Assembly (NCBI GenBank): GCA_963660215.1
Contig: CAVKXW010000003.1
Span: forward strand, 577-64,576
DNA: 64,000 nucleotides
From: Bacteroidaceae bacterium
GTDB lineage: Bacteria > Bacteroidota > Bacteroidia > Bacteroidales > Bacteroidaceae
Direction of reading: 5' to 3'
The stretch's first letter is position 1; each line of letters begins with the position of its first letter. Shown piece after piece: positions 1 through 8,233 of the stretch. Made by a program: the position numbers and the translations under genes. Below the pieces are notes generated by a model that ran no database searches, was not told where the DNA came from, and saw only the letters and a program-made list of their open reading frames with translations.

Positions 1-885
1 CTCGGTGAATCGTTGTCGGTCGATGTGGTAAGGGTCCCAGCTAGAGATGAGCGCCTGGGTGCGAAGCGAGAGCGAGAGCGACGGAGCATAGCCCGTCTTG
101 GCACATTTCACCTCCTCGTCGAGAGCCTTCAGGCGGTCGTGCTGATACTGTGCGTCGGCAGTCTGGGCATAGTCGAACATTCCGCCCACGGGGTCGGAAA
201 GGGCGATGAGGTGAGGCTCGGCAGGCATGATGGGGCTCTGGGTGTTGAGCAGTTCCATCAGGATGGTTTGCTGGTTCTCGGCCTCGCCCTTCACGCGTCC
301 CATCTCCAGATGGTTCTCGTCTCTCATCCTCTCTGCCGTGAGCATCTCCAACTGCTTGGCCTCGCCAGCCTCGTAGCGTTTCTCTGCCACGGCGCAGTAG
401 CGGTCCAGGATGGAGTCTTGGCGCTGCAGGATGTCGAGCTTGTGCATCTGGTAGAGCATGGCATAATAGGCTGTGGCCACGTCGAGCTTAGTCTGCTGCA
501 GGGTGGTGCCCAGGCGGCTGCGCTCGGCTTGGGTCTCGGCCTTGAGCTGGCGTCGGCGGGCGGTGTAAACGGTGGGAAACTCGATGCCCTGCGACAGGGT
601 GAGCGCATTGTCGGTGTCGCCGCTGGAGGCAGGGTTCTGGCCGAAGACGAGCTCCGTCTTATCCACGTCCCATGCCGTGCCCTCCATCGCCTTGGCTCTC
701 TCCACCTGCTTTCTGCCTGCCTGCATCGAGAGGTTCTGCTTCTCAGCCATCTCGAAACATTGCTTGAGCGTCAGCTTGACACCAGGGATGGTGGCGTCGA
801 AGAGATGCGCCCCAACCTGCAGGGGGTGCGCCAGAAAACCCACGAGGGCAATGCCCATTATCTTGAAAAAATTGCTTGTTCTCAT
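1..885 (-). CDS. TolC-family outer-membrane efflux protein, N-terminal part only (ORF leaves the window at position 1)
   Basis: Absent from the ORF track because there is no stop codon inside the window. Manual reverse translation from the ATG at 885..883 gives MRTSNFFKIMGIALVGFLAHPLQVGA (signal peptide), then HLFDATIPGVKLTLKQCFEMAEKQNLSMQAGRKQVERAK..., a typical TolC/CzcC-type N-terminus. It stays open for all 295 codons and starts 11 nt after the RND pump stop. The listed + ORF 13..894 is its antisense shadow. Confidence 0.8.
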   Translation of the reverse strand, partial: MRTSNFFKIMGIALVGFLAHPLQVGAHLFDATIPGVKLTLKQCFEMAEKQNLSMQAGRKQVERAKAMEGTAWDVDKTELVFGQNPASSGDTDNALTLSQGIEFPTVYTARRRQLKAETQAERSRLGTTLQQTKLDVATAYYAMLYQMHKLDILQRQDSILDRYCAVAEKRYEAGEAKQLEMLTAERMRDENHLEMGRVKGEAENQQTILMELLNTQSPIMPAEPHLIALSDPVGGMFDYAQTADAQYQHDRLKALDEEVKCAKTGYAPSLSLSLRTQALISSWDPYHIDRQRFTE

Positions 886-896
886 TTTCTTTAAAT

Positions 897-3800
897 CTAT
901 TTCTTGGTAAACATTTTGTAGATGGCTGGCAATACGAGCAGTGTGAGCAGGGTGCTGGTCACCAGTCCGCCTATCACCACCGTGGCCAATGGGCGCTGCA
1001 CCTCGGCACCGTCGCCCTGCGAGAGAGCCATCGGCAGGAATCCCATCGATGCCACCAGGGCGGTCATCAGCACAGGGCGCAGTCGAACCATGCAGCTCTC
1101 CACGATGCGCTCCCTTATCGCCAGAGCCACATCCGAGCCCTCGACCACAGGGTGCTCGCGCTGTGCCTGGTTCATCTGCCCGATGAGCACGATGCCGTTG
1201 AGCACTGCCACGCCGAAGAGGGCTATGAAGCCCACGCCAGCCGAGATGCTGAAAGGCATCCCCCTGAGCCACAACGCCCATACGCCGCCGATGGCTGCCA
1301 GCGGAATGGCGCTGAAGACGAAGAGCGACTCCCTGAGGTTTCTCACCGTGGCGTAGAGCAGCAGGAGGATGATGAGCAGAGCCACCGGAATCACCACCAT
1401 CAGGCGTTGGGAGGCACTCTGCAGGTTCTCGAACTCGCCACCATAATTATAATAGTAGCCCTCGGGCATCTTGAGCTTCTGGTCGAGGATAGACTGTATC
1501 TCACCGACGGTGCTCTGCACGTCCCTGCCCTTCACGTTGAAGCCCACATAGATGCGGCGGTTGCCGTCTTCGTGGGAAACCTGGGCTGGCGCGCTCTCAT
1601 ATACCACGTCGGCTATCTGGCTGAGCGGGATGGAGGCAGACTGCCCTGCCGCCTTCGCCGATTCGACCGAGAGTGGGATACTGAGCTGTTCTAGCTGCTC
1701 CACCGTGCGCTGCTCGGGGTTCATGCGCAGCACGATGTCAAACTTCTTGTCGCCCTCGTACACGGCTCCTGTCGTGGCACCGGCGAAGGTGGTCTCCAGC
1801 ACACGGTTCACCTCGTCGACGCTCACCCCATACTGGGCCATTCGCTCGTGATTGTATTTCACCTGAATCTGTGGCAGTCCCGACACCTCCTCGACGAAGA
1901 TGCCGCTCACTCCCCTCACGCCCTTGATGAGTCGCTCCACCTTCTGGGCTTGCTGGGTGAGGGTGCCCAGGTCATCGCCGAAAATCTTGATTGCCACATC
2001 CTGCTTGATGCCCGTCAAGAGCTCGTTGTTTCTCATCTGTATCGGCTGCGAGATCTCAGCCTCCAGACCTGGGATGAGCCTGAGCGTCTCCTCCATCTTC
2101 TCCATCAGCTCGGCGGTGGTCTTGGCAGAAGTCCACTCAGCCTTAGGCTTCAGGGCTATCATGATGTCGGCTCGCTCCACGGGCATCGGGTCGGTAGGAA
2201 TCTCGGCGCTTCCGATGCGGCTCACCACCTGCTTGATTTCGGGATATTCAGCCTTCAGCAGCTTCTCTGCCTTGGTGCAGCTCTCCACCATCTGCGAGAG
2301 CGAGGTGCCCTGGGCCATGCTCATCTCCACGGCAAAGTCGCCCTCCTCCAGGCTAGGGATGAACTCGCCGCCCAGAAACTTAAAGCCCACCACGCTGACG
2401 CAAAACAGCGCCACGGCTGCCGTCACCACATCCTTGTGGCGGCTGAGCACCCATCCCAGCACTGGGCGGTACCAGCCCTGCAACTTCTCTATCATTCGGT
2501 CGGAGAAGGTGCGCTTCTCGTGTACCTTGCGGCTCAAGAAGAGCGCGCTTGCCATCGGCACATAGGTGAGCGAGAGGATGAAGGCGCCCAGGATGGCGAA
2601 GAACACGGTGAGCGCCATCGGGCGAAACATCTTGCCCTCGATGCCCACGAGCGTCATCAGCGGCACGTATACTATCATGATCATGATTTCGCCGAAGGCT
2701 GCGCTCTGGCGGATGCGAGAGGCTGAGAAGTGGACCTCCTCGTCCATCTCTGCCCTGGAGAGCTGATGTCCGCCGCGGCGGTTGATGTGGGTCACCACCG
2801 CCTCTACGATGATGACCGCCGAGTCTACTATCATTCCGAAGTCGATGGCGCCGAGACTCATCAGGTTGCCCGCAATCCCGAAGCTCTTCATCATGCCGAA
2901 GGCAAAGAGCATGCTGAGCGGTATGACCGAAGCCACCACGAGTCCGGCGCGCCAGTTGCCCAGGAAGATGACCAAAACGAAGATGACGATGAGTCCGCCC
3001 TCGATGAGGTTTCGGGCGATGGTGCCCTCCACGCGGTCCACGAGGTTGGTGCGGTCGATGAAGGGCTCGATGACCACGCCCTCGGGCAGCGACTTCTGAA
3101 TCTGCTCGATGCGCTCCTTCACGTTCTTGATGACCTGCTGGAAGTTCTCGCCCTTCAGCATGATGGCAATACCTGCCACCACTTCGCCCTCGCCGTTTCG
3201 GGTGACGGCTCCGAAACGAGTGGCATGGCCCAGTTGCACCCTAGCCACGTCGCCCACCTTGACGGGCGTTCCGCCCACGGTCTTCACGGTGATGTTGGCG
3301 ATGTCGTCCAGGTTCTTCACCACTCCGATTCCTCGGATGAAGTACTGGTTGGCGTTTTGCTCGATGTAGCTTCCGCCCGTGTTGGCGTTGTTGCGCTCCA
3401 GGGCGTCGAACACCTCGCCCAGCGTCACGCTGTTGGCGCTCAGACGGTCGTTCTCTATCGCCACCTCATATTGTTTCACATAGCCGCCCCATCCGCTCAC
3501 CTCGGCAACGCCAGGGGTTCCCGACAACTGCTTTCTCACGATCCAGTCCTGGATGGTTCGCAGCTGGGTGAGCGAGTATTTCTGCTCATATCCCTTCTTG
3601 GCTCTCACGGTATAGTGGTAGATTTCACCCAGCGCCGTGGCGATGGGACCCATCTCGATGTCGGCGTTCTTGGGCAGCTCCTTCCCCATCTGCTCCACCA
3701 CCTGGCTCACCTGCGAGCGAGCCCAGTAGATGTCGGCGTCGTCATCGAAAACGAGCGTGATTACAGAGAGTCCGCTCCTGGAGATGCTGCGTCGCTCCTC

Positions 3801-4037
3801 GATGCGAGGAATGTTGGCGAGAGCCATCTCCACTGGGGTGGTCACGTATTGCTCCACCTCCTGTGCGCCGAGCGAGGGAGCCTGGGTGATTACTTGCACC
3901 TGGTTGTCGGTGATGTCGGGCGTAGCGTCGAAAGGCAGGTTCATGAGCGACCAGCCTCCCCAAACCGCCAGGGCTATGGTTAGCACCCCAATCACCATCT
4001 TATGGCGAATGGAGTAAGTGATTAGTTTCTGAAACAT
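897..4037 (-). CDS. czcA: CusA/CzcA-family heavy-metal efflux RND permease
   Basis: 1046 aa. The N-terminus MFQKLITYSIRHKMVIGV...LPFDATPDITDNQVQVITQAPSLGAQEVEQYVTTPVE matches the HME-RND signature (D-A-x-P-D-x-T-x-x-Q-V). It has 12-TM RND architecture and lies between an adaptor gene and a TolC-like gene. Confidence 0.9.
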   Translation of the reverse strand: MFQKLITYSIRHKMVIGVLTIALAVWGGWSLMNLPFDATPDITDNQVQVITQAPSLGAQEVEQYVTTPVEMALANIPRIEERRSISRSGLSVITLVFDDDADIYWARSQVSQVVEQMGKELPKNADIEMGPIATALGEIYHYTVRAKKGYEQKYSLTQLRTIQDWIVRKQLSGTPGVAEVSGWGGYVKQYEVAIENDRLSANSVTLGEVFDALERNNANTGGSYIEQNANQYFIRGIGVVKNLDDIANITVKTVGGTPVKVGDVARVQLGHATRFGAVTRNGEGEVVAGIAIMLKGENFQQVIKNVKERIEQIQKSLPEGVVIEPFIDRTNLVDRVEGTIARNLIEGGLIVIFVLVIFLGNWRAGLVVASVIPLSMLFAFGMMKSFGIAGNLMSLGAIDFGMIVDSAVIIVEAVVTHINRRGGHQLSRAEMDEEVHFSASRIRQSAAFGEIMIMIVYVPLMTLVGIEGKMFRPMALTVFFAILGAFILSLTYVPMASALFLSRKVHEKRTFSDRMIEKLQGWYRPVLGWVLSRHKDVVTAAVALFCVSVVGFKFLGGEFIPSLEEGDFAVEMSMAQGTSLSQMVESCTKAEKLLKAEYPEIKQVVSRIGSAEIPTDPMPVERADIMIALKPKAEWTSAKTTAELMEKMEETLRLIPGLEAEISQPIQMRNNELLTGIKQDVAIKIFGDDLGTLTQQAQKVERLIKGVRGVSGIFVEEVSGLPQIQVKYNHERMAQYGVSVDEVNRVLETTFAGATTGAVYEGDKKFDIVLRMNPEQRTVEQLEQLSIPLSVESAKAAGQSASIPLSQIADVVYESAPAQVSHEDGNRRIYVGFNVKGRDVQSTVGEIQSILDQKLKMPEGYYYNYGGEFENLQSASQRLMVVIPVALLIILLLLYATVRNLRESLFVFSAIPLAAIGGVWALWLRGMPFSISAGVGFIALFGVAVLNGIVLIGQMNQAQREHPVVEGSDVALAIRERIVESCMVRLRPVLMTALVASMGFLPMALSQGDGAEVQRPLATVVIGGLVTSTLLTLLVLPAIYKMFTKK

Positions 4038-4043
4038 AGCGGC

Positions 4044-5249
4044 TTAGTCCTCCTCTCCATGGTCGCCCGTGAGCGAAGCCAGATAATAAGCGTTTTCGGT
4101 CACGATCTTCTTGCCCTCTGCCTTGAGATGCTTGCAGAGCTTCACCTCGGTATACTCGCCGTCGGTGGCTCCGGTGATTACCTCGTGGCGAGAGAAACTA
4201 TACTGCCCCTTCTTTGGAGTGCCGTTCAAGGCAAAGACGTACTGCTTGCCGTCGGTGCTCACGATTGCCTTCGAAGGCAGGGCGATGCACTGCTGCGAGC
4301 CTGTGGCAATCTGTCCGCTCACAAACATTCCGTCGAAGAGATGAGGCTTGCCGTGGACACCACTAGCCGAGAATGACGATGCGTCGAGTTTTACATGGAC
4401 TGCAACCGATTTCGAGCCGTCGTTAAAGTATTGGTTCATGCCATATACATGGCCAACCAGTTTCACGCCAGGCTGGTTGGTGAGGCTAAGATAAACCTTG
4501 TTGCCCACCTTCACCTTCTGTAGGTCTTTCTCGAAGATGTTCAGGTCGCACTCCACCTGCTGTGTGTTTCTAATCTTCATCAGCGGTGTCTGCATGTCGG
4601 CGTAGCTGCCCAGGCTGGCAGTCATCTGCGACACGGTGCCCGAGATGGGTGCCCTGAGCGGAAAGGCGGTGGTAAACTTGCCCTTGGCTACGGCGGCGGT
4701 GGAAATGCCCATCTGCTGCAGTTGTTTTCCGATGCCCACGAGGTTGGCTTGCGCCACCTTGTATTCCTTCTGCGCCTGCTGTAGGTTCTTCTTCACGCCG
4801 GCCCCGCTCTGTGCGAGGGTTTTCTGGCGCTCCATGTCGGCGAGAGCCAGCTCACACTCCTTGGTGGCAGAGTAATATTCTCGCTCCAGACTCACCACGT
4901 CGGTGTTCTCCACGAGCGCCACTACCTGTCCTTTCGCCACCAGTTCGCCTTCCTTCACATAGATGGCCTTCACCACGCCGCCCATCAGCGAGGCGACCTC
5001 GCCCATGTTCTGCGCTCTCAACACGAGTTCGCCCTTGGCCTGGATGGTGGCGTCCATCATTCTGTCGATGGCTTCGCCCATCTTCAGGTCTACTGCCTGC
5101 ACCTGCTTCTCTGAGAGCGGAATGTTGTCGAAATCCACGTCTTCCTCGTGCACGGTTTCATGGGCCTCTGCCCCAGTCTGCTTGGATAGGAACGTAAAGC
5201 CAGCCAGGGCAATAGCCGTAACGGCTACAATCAAGATGATTCTTTTCAT
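4044..5249 (-). CDS. Efflux RND periplasmic adaptor (membrane fusion protein)
   Basis: 401 aa with an N-terminal TM/signal (MKRIILIVAVTAIALAGFTF) and a lipoyl/beta-barrel-type adaptor pattern (VKEGELVAKGQVVALVE). Its stop is 6 nt before the RND start. Both termini are His/Glu-rich (AEAHETVHEED, GDHGEED). Confidence 0.85.
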   Translation of the reverse strand: MKRIILIVAVTAIALAGFTFLSKQTGAEAHETVHEEDVDFDNIPLSEKQVQAVDLKMGEAIDRMMDATIQAKGELVLRAQNMGEVASLMGGVVKAIYVKEGELVAKGQVVALVENTDVVSLEREYYSATKECELALADMERQKTLAQSGAGVKKNLQQAQKEYKVAQANLVGIGKQLQQMGISTAAVAKGKFTTAFPLRAPISGTVSQMTASLGSYADMQTPLMKIRNTQQVECDLNIFEKDLQKVKVGNKVYLSLTNQPGVKLVGHVYGMNQYFNDGSKSVAVHVKLDASSFSASGVHGKPHLFDGMFVSGQIATGSQQCIALPSKAIVSTDGKQYVFALNGTPKKGQYSFSRHEVITGATDGEYTEVKLCKHLKAEGKKIVTENAYYLASLTGDHGEED

Positions 5250-5422
5250 ATTTGTTCTCCTTCTTCTTTTTCTTCGCCCTTTATTATTAATGTATAAGGT
5301 ACGTCCTTAAAAATAATGTATAAGGGGCTTGTTTTTTGCTTATAGTTTTCTAAATTCGGCTGCAAAATTACACAAATGCAGCTGCAACCAAGTTGCAATC
5401 AGCAATCTGGCTATCAGAAAAA

Positions 5423-5842
5423 TCAACAAAAAGAAGAAGGAGGCCCTCGCCTGCTGATGTGGGGCTGACCTGGTGGAGACCAAGCCGAAGCTTGCTCCTG
5501 CCAATCCACAGCCACCAAAGCCTGCGAAGGGATGAATACATATTGGGAAGAAAGAATGAAGAGCAACTGCCCACCGTCGATGATATGGCGCTGGATGCCC
5601 TTCATAACCTTGGCATTGGTAAAGAAATGATGCATCTGGTGCACACGGCAACTGCCCTTCTCGGCTTGGCTACCATCGCCATGGTGGTGAGTGTGCACGT
5701 CGTTGAGATTGCCATCTTTCTGACATTCCTCCACAACCATGCAGATACGCCCCATGTGGTGATGATGAGCCATCACCGTAGAGAGCAGCATGCTGAGCGT
5801 AGCCACCCATAAGCTGATTATGTAGAATAGCCTATGAATCAT
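5423..5842 (-). CDS. Hypothetical His/Cys-rich small membrane-anchored protein upstream of the metal efflux genes
   Basis: The track ORF 5423..5869 starts at a TTG that lies inside a promoter box, so I prefer the ATG at 5842 (MIHRLFYIISLWVATLSMLLSTVMAHHHHMGRICMVVEECQKDGNLNDVHTHHHGDG...HQMHH). It has an N-terminal hydrophobic segment, 3 His clusters and several Cys. A TAATTTTG -7 box sits 24 nt upstream. It is co-directional with the efflux genes. The C-terminal third is low-complexity, so the exact extent is uncertain. Confidence 0.5.
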   Translation of the reverse strand: MIHRLFYIISLWVATLSMLLSTVMAHHHHMGRICMVVEECQKDGNLNDVHTHHHGDGSQAEKGSCRVHQMHHFFTNAKVMKGIQRHIIDGGQLLFILSSQYVFIPSQALVAVDWQEQASAWSPPGQPHISRRGPPSSFC

Positions 5843-5866
5843 TTTCCTTACTAAATATATCGGTTG

Positions 5867-5874
5867 CAAAATTA
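5867..5874 (-). promoter_or_regulatory. Bacteroidota-type -7 promoter box TAATTTTG for the His-rich ORF / efflux operon
   Basis: The plus strand reads CAAAATTA at 5867-5874, which is TAATTTTG on the minus strand. This matches the TAnnTTTG consensus and lies 24 nt upstream of the ATG at 5842. Confidence 0.5.
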
Positions 5875-5989
5875 CGCTAAAAGGATGAATTGACCAAGGA
5901 AAATGGAGAAAAATTAAGTTTTTTCTTAAAAAAACAAAACTTTGTTACCCTATATTCACACTTCATTCGTATTTATTATGAGAATTTAG

Positions 5990-5997
5990 TAACTTTG
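5990..5997 (+). promoter_or_regulatory. -7 promoter box TAACTTTG for the DsbD-family gene
   Basis: Exact TAnnTTTG match, 24 nt upstream of the ATG at 6022. Confidence 0.5.
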
Positions 5998-6021
5998 CAA
6001 CAAAATTAGTAACAAATAACA

Positions 6022-8103
6022 ATGAAAAGATTATTTTTAGTTTTACAATTACTCTTAGTGGTAATTTTGGCTCAGGCACAGATGATGAACCCTGTGAAGT
6101 TCACCAGTTCGCTGAAAACGAACGGAAGTGCCGTGGCAGAAATCGTGTTTACAGGTAAGATTCAGCCAGGATGGCACGTATATTCCACCGGCCTTGGTGG
6201 CGACGGTCCTATCTCCGCCACCTTCAACGTCAACAAGATGGACGGTGCCGAACCTGTAGGAAAGCTTCAGCCTCGTGGCAATGAGATTACAAAGTTCGAC
6301 CCTCTCTTCGAAATGAAGCTTCGCTATTTCGAGGGAAGCGTCACCTTCGTTCAAAAGATTAAATTCACCAAGCCTAATTATACCATCGACGCTTATGTGG
6401 AATATGGTGCTTGCAGCGACCAGAACTGTCTGCCTCCTAGCGAGGCTAGCTTCAAGAGCTCTGGCAAGTCGCCAGCCGTAGATGCTGCAGCAGAAACAAC
6501 CGAGGCAAAGGATGCCAAGGCAGTAGACCCTGCCCTGGCTGCAAAGATGAAGGCCGACTCGCTCGCCAAGGCTGCCCTCGCGGCTCAGGGCGACAGCGTG
6601 GCTGAGACTCCCGTAGACTCAGCCGCCCTCGCCTCGGCCATCGACGGCCTCGACACCAAGGCGCTCTGGAAGCCAGTGGTCAAGGAGCTCCAGGCATTCG
6701 GCGGCTCCAACGACATCGCCAACCATGGATTGTTCTACATCTTCATCATCGGTTTCGTGGGAGGCTTGCTGGCGCTCGTAATGCCTTGCATCTGGCCTAT
6801 CATCCCTATGACCGTGAGCTTCTTCCTGAAGCGTGCCAAGGATGACAAGAAGAAGGGCATCCGCGATGCTTGCACCTATGGATTGAGCATCGTGGTCATC
6901 TATCTCGTATTGGGCTTGGCTGTGACAGCCATTGCGGGACCTAGCACCCTGAACGCCCTGAGCACGAGCGCCGTGTTCAACATCATCCTCTTCTTGCTCT
7001 TGGCTGTCTTCGCCTTCTCTTTCTTCGGTTGGTTCGAAATCAAGTTGCCAGACAGCTGGGGTAATGCGGTAGACAACAAGGCTTCCAGCACCACAGGTCT
7101 CATCTCCATCTTCCTGATGGCGTTCACCCTGGTATTGGTCAGCTTCTCTTGCACAGCGCCTATCATCGGCTTGCTCTTGGTGCAGACCGTCACCTCGGGC
7201 GACTGGTTGGCTCCTACCGTCGGAATGTTCGGCTTCGCTCTGGCGCTTGCCTTGCCTTTCACCCTCTTCGCCATGTTCCCATCTTGGTTGAAGTCGGCTC
7301 CTAAGTCTGGCTCTTGGATGGAGACCATCAAGATTGTGCTCGGTTTCGTCGAGCTCGCCTTCTCATTGAAGTTCTTGAGCGTGGCCGACTTGGCTTATGG
7401 CTGGCACATTCTCGACCGCGAGGTGTTCCTCTCTCTCTGGATTGTCATCTTCGGTTTGCTTGGTCTCTACCTCATCGGAAAGTTGAAGTTCCAGGTAGAT
7501 GCCATCGGTGGCGACATCAACAAGCCAATGCCTGTGGCTTGCATCATGTTGGGTCTTTGCTCTTTGGCATTCTCCGTCTATATGATTCCTGGCCTTTGGG
7601 GTGCTCCTTGCAAGGCTGTCAGTGCCTTCGCTCCTCCTGTAAACACACAGGACTTCAATCTCAACACCAAGACCGTGGAGCCTGCTTATCGCGACTATGA
7701 GCTGGGCATGGCTGCTGCAAAGGCTGCAGGCAAGCCAGTGCTCATCGACTTCACTGGCTTTGGCTGTGTAAACTGTCGCAAGATGGAGGCTTCCGTATGG
7801 ACCGACCCTTCTGTGGCTGACAAATTGACAAAGAACTATGTGCTCATCTCGCTCTATGTGGATGACAAGACCCCTCTGCCAGAGCCTATGGAGGTGACAT
7901 TCAACGGCGAGAAGCGCACCTTGCGCACCGTCGGCGACAAGTGGAGCTATCTGCAAGCCAGCAAGTTTGGCGCCAACGCCCAGCCGTTCTATGTGGCAGT
8001 GGACAACGAGGGCAACCCATTGACCTCAGCCTTCAGTTTCAAGGAAGACGTGAGCGCTTATCTCGACTTCCTGAACAAGGGCTTGGACAATTATAATAAA
8101 TAA
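6022..8103 (+). CDS. dsbD: DsbD-family thiol:disulfide interchange protein (N-terminal periplasmic domain + CcdA-type TM core + C-terminal thioredoxin)
   Basis: 693 aa. It has a signal peptide, a multi-TM core containing VMPCIWPIIP and SFSCTAPIIG (the paired Cys of CcdA/DsbD cores), and a C-terminal thioredoxin fold with FTGFGCVNCRKME (CxxC). Confidence 0.85.
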   Translation: MKRLFLVLQLLLVVILAQAQMMNPVKFTSSLKTNGSAVAEIVFTGKIQPGWHVYSTGLGGDGPISATFNVNKMDGAEPVGKLQPRGNEITKFDPLFEMKLRYFEGSVTFVQKIKFTKPNYTIDAYVEYGACSDQNCLPPSEASFKSSGKSPAVDAAAETTEAKDAKAVDPALAAKMKADSLAKAALAAQGDSVAETPVDSAALASAIDGLDTKALWKPVVKELQAFGGSNDIANHGLFYIFIIGFVGGLLALVMPCIWPIIPMTVSFFLKRAKDDKKKGIRDACTYGLSIVVIYLVLGLAVTAIAGPSTLNALSTSAVFNIILFLLLAVFAFSFFGWFEIKLPDSWGNAVDNKASSTTGLISIFLMAFTLVLVSFSCTAPIIGLLLVQTVTSGDWLAPTVGMFGFALALALPFTLFAMFPSWLKSAPKSGSWMETIKIVLGFVELAFSLKFLSVADLAYGWHILDREVFLSLWIVIFGLLGLYLIGKLKFQVDAIGGDINKPMPVACIMLGLCSLAFSVYMIPGLWGAPCKAVSAFAPPVNTQDFNLNTKTVEPAYRDYELGMAAAKAAGKPVLIDFTGFGCVNCRKMEASVWTDPSVADKLTKNYVLISLYVDDKTPLPEPMEVTFNGEKRTLRTVGDKWSYLQASKFGANAQPFYVAVDNEGNPLTSAFSFKEDVSAYLDFLNKGLDNYNK

Positions 8104-8125
8104 AGACAACTTATACTCCCAATAA

Positions 8126-8160
8126 GGGCGAGAATGGCATGTTTTTTGCAGTTCTCGCCC
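8126..8160 (+). terminator. Stem-loop after the DsbD-family gene
   Basis: GGGCGAGAA (8126-8134) pairs with TTCTCGCCC (8152-8160). It is only weakly T-rich afterwards. Confidence 0.4.
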
Positions 8161-8199
8161 TAAATTATTCTGACATCTTCGGAATGCTCAGAAATCTTT

Positions 8200-8216
8200 G
8201 ATAATAACAATAATAT
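8200..8216. promoter_or_regulatory. Fur/Zur-like box candidate in front of the COG0523 gene
   Basis: GATAATAACAATAATAT. By eye, 12 of 15 positions match the classical Fur-box core GATAATGATAATCAT. It lies 18 nt upstream of the ATG at 8234. Confidence 0.35.
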
Positions 8217-8233
8217 AAAAAAGAGATATTCTT

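Noticed and set aside
13-894. 293-aa plus-strand ORF at the left edge
   Set aside because: It has low-complexity Leu/Ala/Gly/His-rich composition with no motifs. It lies exactly antisense to a well-supported TolC-like frame (signal peptide plus typical N-terminus) that continues the efflux operon.
5393-5812. 139-aa plus-strand ORF overlapping the His-rich minus-strand ORF
   Set aside because: It has no promoter box or signal and an Arg/Ser-rich N-terminus. The minus-strand frame has a canonical -7 box, a hydrophobic anchor and operon context.
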